The position numbers were made by a program, and so were the translations under genes. A DNA stretch of 64,000 nucleotides, taken from the NCBI GenBank assembly GCA_025452255.1, contig CP104974.1:2022156-2086155 (forward strand), given 5' to 3'. Of this stretch, positions 24,885 through 34,903 are shown piece by piece. The notes below the pieces were generated by a model that was not told where the DNA came from, ran no database searches, and saw only the letters and a program-made list of their open reading frames with translations. The stretch is from Devosia sp. A8/3-2 (lineage in GTDB: Bacteria > Pseudomonadota > Alphaproteobacteria > Rhizobiales > Devosiaceae). The first letter of the stretch is position 1; each line of letters opens with the position of its first letter.

Positions 24885-25240
24885 CAAGGATAAAGGCGTC
24901 ACGCTTAGGCGATTGGGGCGATGTTAGTGCAGGCTTCTGTTGCCGGTGCCTGCGGACCCCGCCTGTCGCCCGGCTAGGAGCGGAGGACTTAATTTCCCAA
25001 TGCTAGCACCGCTTACGCGGCGAGAGCGACTGGAGCCTTATGGTTGTCATTTGCAACTATAAGTTTTGGACCGATAACGGTGGTACCTCACCGAGCAAAA
25101 GCACACCCTTTACGCCCTCGTCGATCCTGTTTCGCCCCCATTGGCTGGCCCCTGAAGGGCTAGATGGTGGAGGCGCCGGGTACTGCCCCCGGGTCCGAAA
25201 GGTTTATTACGATGACAGTTTATCGCCATAGCTCTTGCGA
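24885..25240 (-). ncRNA. ssrA: tmRNA (ssrA), the two-piece circularly permuted alphaproteobacterial type. Boundaries approximate.
   Basis: Minus-strand acceptor piece ...CCGGGGGCAGUACCCGG CGCCUCCACCA (T-arm plus 3' CCA; complement ~25151-25200). It is followed about 25 nt later by the coding-piece 5' end GGGGGCGAAACAGGAUCGACGAGGG. GGGGGCG pairs with CGCCUCC including a G3·U pair, the alanine identity element. The tag reading frame is GCA AAT GAC AAC CAT AAG GCT CCA GTC GCT CTC GCC GCG TAA = ANDNHKAPVALAA* (complement 25013-25054). Confidence 0.78.
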
Positions 25241-25340
25241 GCAATTTCTATATAGGCGCTGGTGGCCGGCGATGCAATCGTCACCAACAGGGCGAATTGG
25301 TTAGCGGACTGTTAACGTTGACGCGTCAACAGGCTAATCC

Positions 25341-25580
25341 TCAACCGTTCCATTTCATGCCCATATAGACGCCACCGGCTTCCAGCTCGTCGAGCATCTG
25401 TTCGAGGTGCTTCTGCTTGGTCTTTTCGGTTTTGACCTTGTTGATCCAGAGCAGGTAATCATTGCGCTGATAGGGTGGCCGAGCATCGTATTTATCGCGC
25501 AGGCCACGTTCGTCGAGTGCGGCGCTGACAAAGTCGGGCATGATCTCGCGCTGGCGCAGCGGGCGCAGGACCGGGCTCAT
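25341..25580 (-). CDS. YdeI/OmpD-associated family small protein.
   Basis: MSPVLRPLRQREIMPDFVSAALDERGLRDKYDARPPYQRNDYLLWINKVKTEKTKQKHLEQMLDELEAGGVYMGMKWNG*. Start and stop overlap ridA as ATGA. Confidence 0.6.
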   Translation of the reverse strand: MSPVLRPLRQREIMPDFVSAALDERGLRDKYDARPPYQRNDYLLWINKVKTEKTKQKHLEQMLDELEAGGVYMGMKWNG

Positions 25581-25975
25581 TTCAGCACCGCCTGAGCCTC
25601 GATCTCGATCAGGACATCGGGATTGGCGAGGGCGGCGACGCGGAAGCCGGTGACCGTGGGCGGATTGGCTCTTTGGCCCCACACCTTCATCCATTCGCCG
25701 AAAGCGGCGTTGAGGTCGATATCCTGCTGCATGATGATGGTGACCTTGACCAGCTCGTTGAGACTCGCTCCGGCGGCGTCCAGCACCTTTTGCAGATTGG
25801 CCAGCGCTCGGGCGGTCTGCTTGACGACATCGCCCTTGCCGACAATCTGGCCATTGGCATCGACGCCGTTCTGGCCGCCGATGAGCAGTATCCGAGCGTC
25901 TGCCGGCAGAATGATGCCTTGCGAGAAAACCGGGCTTTTGTACATGCCCTCGGGATTGATGTGTTGCACGGTCAT
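25577..25975 (-). CDS. ridA: RidA (YjgF/TdcF) family reactive-intermediate deaminase.
   Basis: Intact 132 aa, ...LVKVTIIMQQDIDLNAAFGEWMKVWGQRANPPTVTGFRVAALANPDVLIEIEAQAVLK*. Confidence 0.85.
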   Translation of the reverse strand: MTVQHINPEGMYKSPVFSQGIILPADARILLIGGQNGVDANGQIVGKGDVVKQTARALANLQKVLDAAGASLNELVKVTIIMQQDIDLNAAFGEWMKVWGQRANPPTVTGFRVAALANPDVLIEIEAQAVLK

Positions 25976-26170
25976 GTCGGCTCTCCTTTGCGTTGCGATC
26001 TACCGATAGGATGGCGCCCTGACATGGCTTGTCAGCATAAAATGAGGTATTCTATTACCTCGCAACGTCGTCCCGTAGATGCAAATGGCTGGTCTGCGAT
26101 CCGGTTCCGCAGCTGCGGTGCAGCCCGCCAAATCGGTATAGGCTGGTCGGGCACATCAAGAGAGCCAGTC

Positions 26171-26755
26171 ATGACGGACACTTCAACCGAAAAACTCATT
26201 CATGCCGCCGAACGATTTTTGGGCAAGGGCGAGAAGACGCTGACCAAACGCGAAAGACAGGTGCTGGAACAGGCGCTGGGCAAGCGGGCATTGTCGCAGG
26301 ATACCAGCGCGGTGTTCGACGAGAAATCGACCTTCGGCGAACGGCTGGCCGACGGGGTGGCGTCGTTTGGCGGCTCCCGGCCATTCCTGATCATTTTTGG
26401 CCCGGTTCTGGTGGCACGGGTCTTCGGGAATCTGGTGTTGCGCGGGGAGGCGCCTGATCCTTATCCGTTCATCTTCCTCAATCTGCTGCTCTCCATGCTG
26501 GCCGCCGTGCAGGCGTCGGTGATCATGATGAGCCAGAACCGGCAGGCGGCCAAGGATAGGCTGGTGACCAGCCACGATTATGAATGCAATCTCAAGGCCG
26601 AGATCGAAATCATGGCGCTGCATGACAAGGTCGACCAGATACGCAATGACGACCTGCGCTCTTTACTGGCCAAGCAGCAGGAGCAGATCGATCTGCTGAC
26701 GCGGCTAGTGGAGAGCCGTGTCGGAGTTGCGGCGGCCCAAGGCGAATCGAAGTAG
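26171..26755 (+). CDS. DUF1003 membrane protein.
   Basis: Intact. Two TM segments ([47 protein letters not shown]) and a C-terminal coiled coil. Confidence 0.65.
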   Translation: MTDTSTEKLIHAAERFLGKGEKTLTKRERQVLEQALGKRALSQDTSAVFDEKSTFGERLADGVASFGGSRPFLIIFGPVLVARVFGNLVLRGEAPDPYPFIFLNLLLSMLAAVQASVIMMSQNRQAAKDRLVTSHDYECNLKAEIEIMALHDKVDQIRNDDLRSLLAKQQEQIDLLTRLVESRVGVAAAQGESK

Positions 26756-26764
26756 GATATCGGC

Positions 26765-27562
26765 ATGCAGCCCTATCTCAAGCTTCTCTCCGATATTCTT
26801 GAACATGGTACGGACAAGTCCGACCGGACCGGCACCGGCACGCGCAGCCTGTTCGGCTATCAGATGCGGTTCTGATCTGGCGCAGGGTTTTCCTCTGCTG
26901 ACCACCAAGCAACTGCATCGCAAATCGATCATTTATGAGCTGTTGTGGTTCATTCGTGGCGAGACGAATGTGCGCTGGTTGCAGGAGCGCGGCGTCAAGA
27001 TCTGGGATGAGTGGGCCGATGAAAACGGCGATCTTGGCCCGGTCTATGGTTCTGCAATGGCGCAGCTGGCCGGCGCCGGATGGGCGCAAGATCGACCAGA
27101 TCGCCAATGTGATCCATTCAATCAAGACCAAGCCGGATTCGCGCCGCCATATCGTTTCGGCCCGGAACCCGGCCGAGGTGGACGAGATGGCGCTGCCGCC
27201 ATGCCACTGCCTGTTCCAGTTCTATGTGGCCAATGGCAAGCTGAGCTGCCAGCTCTATCAGCGATCGGCCGACACGTTCTCGGGCGTACCGTTCAACATC
27301 GCTTCCTATGCGCTGTTCACCCATATGATGGCACAGGTGACCGGGCTCGAAGTGGGGGATTTCGTGCACAGCTTTGGCGATGTGCACCTTTATTCCAACC
27401 ATTTCTGAGCAGGCCAAGCTGCAGCTGTCGCGGGAGCCCGGGGCGCTGCCACAGCTCAAGATCAATCCGAACGTGAAGCGGCTGGAAGACTTCGTTTTTG
27501 AGGATTTCGAATTCGTGGGCTACGATCCACACCCCAACATCAAAGCGCCTATAGCGGTATGA
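26765..27562 (+). CDS. thyA: Thymidylate synthase ThyA, with about 3 frameshifts (~26870, ~27050, ~27400).
   Basis: [36 protein letters not shown], ...[53 protein letters not shown]...GDVHLYSNH and ...[19 protein letters not shown] lie across three staggered frames. Confidence 0.92.
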
Positions 27563-27592
27563 GCCGGGGCACTGGGTGAACTCAGCGAACTG

Positions 27593-27874
27593 GTGGCGCG
27601 TGTTTCCGACATCTATGCCGAGCGCAACGACATCGCCCGGGATGGTGACTGGTACATCCTCAAGCTGCAGGAAGAGCTGGGCGAACTTACTGCCGAGCAT
27701 CTGAAGGCCAGCGGGCGCGGGCGGCTCAAGGGCGCGACACAAGAAATCGTGCAGCAGGCCAAGGAAGATGAAGCGGCGGACGTCCTAGCTATGCTGCTGC
27801 TGTTTGCACGAGAGAACAGCATCGATCTCGATGCTGCCTTGGAGCGCAAATGGTTCAGCCATTTGCCCGGCTGA
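27593..27874 (+). CDS. MazG-like nucleotide pyrophosphohydrolase domain protein; GTG start, N-terminus uncertain.
   Basis: ELSELVARVSDIYAERND...KLQEELGELTAEHLK...EEAADVLAMLLLFARENSIDLDAALERKW matches the all-alpha MazG/NTP-PPase fold pattern. Confidence 0.5.
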   Translation: MARVSDIYAERNDIARDGDWYILKLQEELGELTAEHLKASGRGRLKGATQEIVQQAKEDEAADVLAMLLLFARENSIDLDAALERKWFSHLPG

Positions 27875-27973
27875 TTTTATGCCGGCCACGTGTAGCGCCA
27901 CCGTTGATCTGGTGGCAGAGAATCTGGGCAAGGGGCTAACCCCTTACGTATATGTGTTTTTGGAGTGTGGGAC

Positions 27974-28988
27974 ATGAGGGTGTTCTCGGGATTGGTTTGT
28001 GTGCTCGCCGCATCTTTGGCAGGGCCGGCGCTGGCGAATGATACCGCGGCGCAGTTGGTTACCGGCGGGCTGGAATTCGTCATCAATGATGACATCAAGA
28101 TGCTGAGCGAAGAGCTGTTCATCTCATGCTGACGAAATCCGCGTCATCTACGAATTCCAGAACAATACCGACAAAGACCAGAATGTGCTGGTGGCTTTCC
28201 CCATGCCCGATATCGAGCCGGATTGGTGGTCGCCAACCGCATTCCCCGATGGTCCGAACGACAATCTGTTCCACTTCCAGACCACGTTCAACGGCCAGCC
28301 GGTCAAGGCCGAGCTGCACGAATATGCCATCGCGGCAGGCGTCGATCGCTCGGACTATCTGCGCGAAAAGGGCATCTCGCTGGTGTCGTTCGCCCGAGCA
28401 ACCAATGAAGCAACCGACGCGCTGGATGACGCCACCAAGGCGGAAATGCTGCATCTGGGCATGTTCGTGCCCGATATGTATGACGAGAGCGATGGCGCCG
28501 AGAAAAACTATTATCCGATGTGGACCTACCGGGCGACCTACACACGGGAGGCCAATTTCCCGGCTGGGGAAACCGTCAAGGTCGAGCATCGCTACAAGCC
28601 CAGCGTGGGCGGCACCACGGGCGTGAGCTTCCTGAGCGAGCCCTATGAAGGGTTCGACCCGGCCGCGGCATATCGGGAGCGCTATTGCACGGACGAGACC
28701 TTCGTCAATGCCGTGCGCAAGACGGTCAAGAGTGGTGACGAGCCACGGGCGGCGCCGTTCTACGAGAGCTGGATTTCCTATATTTTGACCACGGGTGGCA
28801 ATTGGGGCGGCGGTTACATCCCCAAATTCCGGCTGGTGGTCGACAAGGGCGATGAGGCCAACTCGGTGTCGTTCTGTGGCGAGGGCATCAGGAAGACCGG
28901 GCCCACCACGTTCGAAATGGTGGCAACCGATTTCTACCCGGAGAAAGAACTCGAAATCCTCATTCTCGAGCGGCACGAGGATCCCTGA
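27974..28988 (+). CDS. DUF4424 secreted protein, frameshifted at ~28130.
   Basis: Signal peptide MRVFSGLVCVLAASLAGPALA, then ...LVTGGLEFVINDDIKMLSEELFIS|ADEIRVIYEFQNNTDKDQNVLVAFPMPDIEPDWW...ILERHEDP*. Confidence 0.6.
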
Positions 28989-28990
28989 GC

Positions 28991-29467
28991 GTGAGCCCGG
29001 TTATTCGCCCTGCTATTGCGGCGGATGCCGCGACCATTGTTGGTTTCGTGCGAGCGCTGGCGGCTTATGAAAAGCTCGAGCATGAAGTGCGGGCCGATGA
29101 GGCTGATATTACGCGCGACCTGTTTGGCGCTGATCCCAAAGTGTTCTGCGAGATTGCCGAATGGCAGGGTGAGCCGGTTGGGTTTGCGCTCTGGTTTTAC
29201 ACCTATTCCACCTTCCGGGGCCGGCACGGCATTTGGCTCGAGGATTTGTTCGTCGATCCTGCTCTGCGCGGCAAGGGGATCGGCAAGGCCTTGCTGGTCA
29301 ATCTGGCGCAGCGCTGCGTTGCCGAAGGGCTGGGGCGCTTTGAATGGTGGGTGCTCGACTGGAACGAGCCGAGCATCGACTTCTATAAAGCGCAGGGTGG
29401 GGTGATGCAGGACGAATGGACCAAGGTGCGCGTCGATGGCGATGCAGCTGGCGCGGCTGGGGGTGCT
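28991..29467 (+). CDS. GNAT family N-acetyltransferase. The stop is missing and the frame reads through into the folA start.
   Basis: MSPVIRPAIAADAATIVGFVRALAAYEKL...GIWLEDLFVDPALRGKGIGKALLVNLAQRCVAEGLGRFEWWVLDWNEPSIDFYK, the GNAT motif A. There is no in-frame stop before the folA ATG at 29468. Confidence 0.75.
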
Positions 29468-29992
29468 ATGAGCATCAGAATCGCCATGATTGCAGGTGTC
29501 GCCGAAAATGGCGTCATTGGCAGCGAGCAGACCATTCCCCGGCGCATTCCCTCCGACTTCGCCTTTTCAAGCGCATGACCATGGGCAAACCCATGATCAT
29601 GGGCCGCAAGCAATTTGAAACCGTCGGCAAGCCGCTGCCCGGCCGCACCAATATCGTGGTGACGCGGCAGGAGGGCTATCAGCCCGAGGGGGTGCTGGTG
29701 GTCTCCAGCTTGGATGCGGCGCTCGAAAAAGCGCGGGAAATTGCGGAAAAAGATGGTGTTGACGAGATCATGATCATCGGCGGCGGCGATATTTATGCCC
29801 AGCTTATGGGCGTGGCCGACCGTCTTTACATCAGCCATATCGCTCTTTCTGCCCGCGGGTGACATCCGTTTTCCTCCAATAAACCCCGCAGACTGGGCGA
29901 TTGTGGACGAGCCGGAGGTGACCCCGATGGAGAAGGACCGGGCCAGCTACCGCGTCAAAGTGTATGAGCGACATAACGGAACCGCGCATTGA
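29468..29992 (+). CDS. folA: Dihydrofolate reductase FolA, frameshifted at ~29560 and ~29850.
   Basis: [67 protein letters not shown]...IMIIGGGDIYAQLM...YRVKVYERH lies in shifted frames. Confidence 0.88.
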
Positions 29993-30054
29993 TCGGGTGA
30001 GCCGCTTGCCTATATATGTCCACGACGAAACAAACATATCCTGAAAGGATTGCG

Positions 30055-31180
30055 ATGCCGTGGGAGAGTAACGGAGGCGGGGGTGGCCGCACTAATAATG
30101 GCGGCCCCGGGGGCAAGCGCCCGGTGGCGGCGGCAGTGGTGGTCCACGCCGGCCGGGGGTGGCAATACGCCCAACCTCGAAGATATTCTCAATCGCGGCC
30201 GTGACCAGTTCCGGGGCGGTGTACCCGGCGGACGCTGGGCGCTGATCGGCGGCGTGCTCGCCGTTATCGCGTTTTGGGGGCTCAATTCGATCTATACGGT
30301 CGATCCGCAGGAAGTGGGCGTCGAGCTGCGCTTCGGCCGGCCCAAGCCCGAATTGTCCATGCCGGGCCTGCATTTCCATCTGTGGCCGATCGAGACTGTC
30401 AGAGCGGGTCACGGTGACCGAGAACCAGACCACGATCGGCGCGGCGACGGCCACGGGTTCGCGCGCCAATTCCAATGGCGGTAGCGGGCTGATGCTCTCG
30501 GGTGACCAGAACATCGTCAATGTGCAGTTTTCTGCGCTTTGGTCGGTGAGCGATCCGGTTGCCTACCTGTTCAATGTGCGTGACCCCGAAGAAATGGTTC
30601 GCAATGCTGCTGAAAGCGCGATGCGCGAAGTGGCAGGCCGTCGTCCGGCGCAGGACATCTATAGCGATGACCGCCGCGGGATTGAGCTGGAAGTCCAGCA
30701 GATTACCCAGTCGATCCTCGACAGCTATCAGCTCGGCGTGCGCGTCGGCCAGTGCTGATCGAAAATGCCGGTCCGCCGGCTGAAGTTATCGACGCCTTCA
30801 ACGAAGTGCAGCGTGCCCGTCAGGACGAGACGCGCCTGCAGGAAGAAGCACGTTCCTATGCCAATACCCTTCTGGGTGATGCGCGTGGCCGTGCTGCGGC
30901 TCTGCGTGAAGATGCGGCTGCATACAGCAACCGCGTGGTGCAGGAAGCAACCGGTGAGGCGCAGCGCTTCAACGCGATCTATGCCGAATATGTCAATGCG
31001 CCCGAAGTGACGCGCAAGCGCCTGTTCCTCGGGACCATGGAAGAGGTCTATAGCGGCTCCGAGAAGGTGCTGATCGAGAGTGGGGCCAATGGGTCGGGCG
31101 TCGTGCCCTATCTGCCATTGCCCGAACTGCGCCCGAGCGCCCGAACGACCACGCCACCGACCACCGGGACGGGGAACTAA
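30055..31180 (+). CDS. hflK: FtsH protease modulator HflK, with about 3 frameshifts.
   Basis: Gly-rich N-terminus MPWESNGGGGGRTNNGGPGG, a TM helix and the SPFH body (VDPQEVGVELRFGRPKPELSMPGLHFHLWPIE..., ...GDQNIVNVQFSALWSVSDPVAYLFNV..., ...VLIENAGPPAEVIDAFNEVQRARQDE...) in staggered frames. Confidence 0.9.
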
Positions 31181-31183
31181 GCC

Positions 31184-32318
31184 ATGAGCAATCGTCTGAT
31201 TATCCTTGGCGTTGCCATTGTTGCCGCCCTCTACGTCGTGTTCTCCTCGATCTACATCGTGAACGAGCGCGAACAGGCCATCGTCATGCGCTTTGGCCAG
31301 ATCACCGATATCCGCACCGAACCGGGCCTCTACTTCAAGATCCCGACCGATATCGTGGATACGGTGCAGATCATCGAAAACCGGCTGCTGCGCTACGACA
31401 TCGCCAATATGACGGTGCAGGTTTCGGGCAACGCCTTCTACCGAGTCGATGCATTTCTGACCTACCGTATCTCCGATCCGCGCCTGTTCCGTGAACGTGC
31501 CCCGGGCCAGCTTTCGGTGGCCGAAGACCGTATCGGCACCCGTTTCGACTCGGCGCTGCGTCAGGTCTATGGTCTGCGCGAATTCAATGCGGCCCTGTCC
31601 GAACAGCGCCCGCAGATGATGCGTGAGGCTCGTGACCTGATCCGTCCGGATATGGCGGAATTGGGCATTGAAGTGGTTGATGTGCGTATCCTGCGCACCG
31701 ATCTCGATCAGGATGTTTCGGCCACCACTTTCGAGCGTATGCGCGCCAGACGTCTGGCGGAAGCAGCCCTGTTGCGTGCTCGTGGTCAGGAGCAGGCGCA
31801 GAGCCTGCGCGCAATCGCGGACCGTCAGGCCGTCGAAATCGTGGCAGCGGCCACCCGTGACGCGGAAATCATCCGCGGTACGGGCGACGCCGAGCGGAAC
31901 CGGCTGTTTGCGGCCGCTTATGGTCAGGACCAGGAATTCTTCGAATTCTTCCGCTCGATGCAGTCCTACCGTACCGCGCTGACTGGCACCGGAACTACGA
32001 TGGTGTTGTCGCCCGATAGCGAGTTCTTCCGCTATTTCGGCTCCAATGGGGAAATCCCGGCGGCAAATACCAATCTGGCGCCGCCGCTCCCGCTGGTTCC
32101 CGTGCCGGATGCGCCTACGACCAGCGACGAACCCGCGCTGGACGGCACGGGCATCGAGGATAGCGTGGCCCCGACCATGACGCTGGAGGACGGCTCGCGG
32201 CTGGCGCCCACGGTCGGCACGGAAGCCCCGCCGGCCGTCGAGGTCAGAACCGGCTCCGGTGGATACCACGCAGACCCAGACAACGACCCCGCCGGCCACT
32301 GCGCCTGCCACACCATAA
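31184..32318 (+). CDS. hflC: FtsH protease modulator HflC, with a C-terminal frameshift.
   Basis: MSNRLIILGVAIVAALYVVFSSIYIVNEREQAIVMRFGQITDIRTEPGLYFKIP... (SPFH). The listed ORF runs on to 32818 only because the stop was lost. The true end should sit just before the terminator at 32326. Confidence 0.88.
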
Positions 32319-32325
32319 AAATCAA

Positions 32326-32356
32326 CCGGCGCCCTCGGGCGCCGGTTTTGTTTTGG
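32326..32356 (+). terminator. Rho-independent terminator after hflKC.
   Basis: ccggcgccc-tcg-ggcgccgg followed by TTTTGTTTT. Confidence 0.8.
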
Positions 32357-32365
32357 GGGCAGGTT

Positions 32366-32906
32366 CTAAGTTTTAGGATTGGCAATCCGGTAGAGCACAT
32401 GCGCGCGCAGGGGATGACCCTCGGCGATCCGAGGGTGTTCGAAATCGGCCCGCGGGTCGCGCGTCAGCCCGAGCTTTTGCATCACTCGCTGGCTGGGCAG
32501 GTTCACCCGCGCGGTGAAGGCTACGACCTCCGGGGCGTGCAATTGCGTGAAGGCATGCCCAAGTGCGACTCGCGCAGCTTCGGGCGCATAGCCACGGCCC
32601 CAATAATCCTTGCCGAGCACCCAGCCGATTTCGAGTTTTGGTTCGGTGGGAATGGGGAAGTTGATGTCGCCCGTGCCGGTCAGACCGAGCAGGGCGCCAT
32701 CGGACTTTCGCTCCACCGCCAGGGAAATGGCCGGTGCCATTGGCGAGTCCGGCGATCATTTTATCGATCCGGGCATCGGCCTCCGCGCGGTTGCGCGTGG
32801 CGGTGTAGAATCGCATGACATGAGGATCGGCGACGATCGCGGCGAATGCCTCGCGGTCAGTGTCGCGCCATTCGCGCAGCAGCAGTCGCGAGGTTTCCAG
32901 CTTCAT
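32366..32906 (-). CDS. GNAT family N-acetyltransferase (RimJ/RimL-like), frameshifted at ~32740.
   Basis: MKLETSRLLLREWRDTDREAFAAIVADPHVMRFY...|...LEIGWVLGKDYWGRGYAPEAARVALGHAF...RANPKT*. Confidence 0.8.
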
Positions 32907-33775
32907 CGCACGATATCGTCTTCGCCATAGCCTTGCAGATAGAGCAGGGCGGTGAGGTCGCCGTGGTCGATGCGGATGCCGGCTTCTGCCGCCACGGCCG
33001 GCTTGGCGTGCAGGGCGACGCCGAAGCCGGCGACGCGGATCATGTCCAGATCATTGGCGCCGTCGCCCACGGCGATGGTGGCGCTGAGCGGCAGGTTGCG
33101 TTCGGCGGCGAGGGCGGTCAGCCGCTCGCGCTTGGTTGATTTGTCGACGATGGGCTTTTGCACGGTGCCGGTCAGGGCGTCGCCGTCGAAGAGCAGTACA
33201 TTGGCAATGGCCTCATCGAAGCCGATGCGCTTGGCGAAATAGTCGGCGAAAAAGGTGAAGCCGCCCGAGACGAGCGAGGTATAGGCGCCATAGGCCTTCA
33301 TGGTCTGGATCAGCGCGCGGCCGCCGGGGGCGAGCGTAATCTGTTCGCGGCGCACTTCCTCGATGACCTTGCGTTCCAGCCCCTTGAGCAAAGCGACGCG
33401 GGTATCGAGCGCCTGCGCAAAATCGAGTTCGCCGCGCATTGCCCGGTCGGTGATCTCGGCGACTTGCTGCTTGATGCCGAGGGCGGCGGCCAGCTCGTCA
33501 ATGCACTCCTGCTCGATCATGGTGGAATCCATGTCGGCAACGAGGATCGGCTTGCGGCGACCTTCACTGTCCACGAGAGCAGCATCGACCTTGCGCGTGC
33601 CGATGACTTCACGGGCAATGGCCGGGGCATCGGTTGACTTCGGCTCGATGATCTCGCAGGCAATGGCGTGATTGAGCCAATTGAGCTCGCCGCCGATCTG
33701 TTTGATGACGGCGGCAGCCAAAGCCGGATCGAGTTCGGAATCGGCGGGATTGGCGATGAGGCAAAGGACCGGCAT
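32903..33775 (-). CDS. serB: Phosphoserine phosphatase SerB.
   Basis: MPVLCLIANPADSELDPALA... HAD motifs ILVADMDSTMIEQECIDELA and GDGANDLDMIRVAGFGVALHAKP. Intact. Confidence 0.9.
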   Translation of the reverse strand: MPVLCLIANPADSELDPALAAAVIKQIGGELNWLNHAIACEIIEPKSTDAPAIAREVIGTRKVDAALVDSEGRRKPILVADMDSTMIEQECIDELAAALGIKQQVAEITDRAMRGELDFAQALDTRVALLKGLERKVIEEVRREQITLAPGGRALIQTMKAYGAYTSLVSGGFTFFADYFAKRIGFDEAIANVLLFDGDALTGTVQKPIVDKSTKRERLTALAAERNLPLSATIAVGDGANDLDMIRVAGFGVALHAKPAVAAEAGIRIDHGDLTALLYLQGYGEDDIVR

Positions 33776-33800
33776 GGTAGGCAACACTTTCTGGGGGGCA

Positions 33801-34672
33801 GCGTGACGGGCCGCAGGCGCGCCGTTCTGATAGCGGGTCCGACTGCCAGCGGCAAGTCGGCGCTGGCGCTCGCCATGGCGGAGCAAGAGGGCGGCGCCAT
33901 CGTCAATACCGATGCCATGCAGGTCTACGACACGGTGCGGGTGGTTACGGCGCGGCCGAGCATGGAGGAGGAGGCGCGAGCCGATCACCGGCTCTATGGC
34001 AGTGTGCCGGCATCATCGCGTTTCTCCACCGGCCAATGGCTGGGTGCGGCCAAGGCGGTCATCGAGGCGACTGAGGGGGCACTGTTTTTTGTTGGCGGAA
34101 CAGGGCTTTACTTCGATGCCCTGCAAAACGGATTCGCCGATGTGCCGGAGGTTTCGGCTGCAGTTACGCTTGAAGTTCAACAAGAGATTCAAGAGTTGGA
34201 TGAGCGCAGCGGCTTGCTTTGCTGCAGCGGGAGGACCCGGTCACTGCGGCGCGACTCAAGGTGGCCGATCCGCAGCGCCTGATCCGTGCCCCGGCGGTAA
34301 AACGCGGGACGGGGCGGACATTGTCCAGTTTTCAGGATGAGCCACAGGCCGGGTTGCTCGGTGACTTCGCCGTGGAGCGCATGGTGCTCGATCCGGATCG
34401 GGATGTGCTGCGTGGAAGGATTGCCACTCGGTTTGCTGCCATGTTTGAGAGCGGCGCTGTAGCCGAGGTTGAGGCGTTGCGCGCAAAGGCTCGATCCTAG
34501 CCTGCCGGTGATGAAGGCTATTGGTGTGCCCGAAATCAGCGCGTGGCTGGATGGGGTGATGGGGCAGGGGGAGGCGATCCGGCTGGCTACGATTGCGACC
34601 CAGCAATATGCCAAGCGCCAGCGGACCCGGTTTCGCAACCGGATGGGGGATTGGCCTCGGCGGGTGGTGTGA
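33801..34672 (+). CDS. miaA: tRNA dimethylallyltransferase MiaA, with about 3 frameshifts. Start uncertain: ATG 33774 or GTG 33801.
   Basis: [48 protein letters not shown] (P-loop). The C-terminal pieces ...[21 protein letters not shown]... and ...[44 protein letters not shown] lie in other frames. Confidence 0.88.
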
Positions 34673-34900
34673 GGGATAGGGGCTCCATTACCCCTCGGTC
34701 TCTCCCTATCAAGGGGACGGAGGCGCAAGAACGGCGCTCACGGGTTACAATCTAGACCCATCCACGCGCTCGTTGGGGCTTGAATCCGAGGGCACATTCT
34801 ACCCCGATGCGAGCGGCGAGTGGCCCTCGGGTCGAGCCCGAGGGAGAGCGGTGGGTAAGGGGACATTGGGGATGACTCCGCGCTCTTGAAGGTGCGGGGC
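34673..34900. repeat. Intergenic repeat cluster of the CCCTCGGGtcgagCCCGAGGG family.
   Basis: The palindrome at 34825-34844 is nearly identical to the one at 10469-10489, and it is flanked by ctccattacccctcggtctctccctatcaaggggacggag. Confidence 0.6.
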
Positions 34901-34903
34901 AAA

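Noticed and set aside
33773-33776. serB and miaA start codons overlapping divergently at CATG.
   Set aside because: miaA more likely starts at GTG 33801. The ATG 33774 frame is interrupted at once and needs a frameshift.
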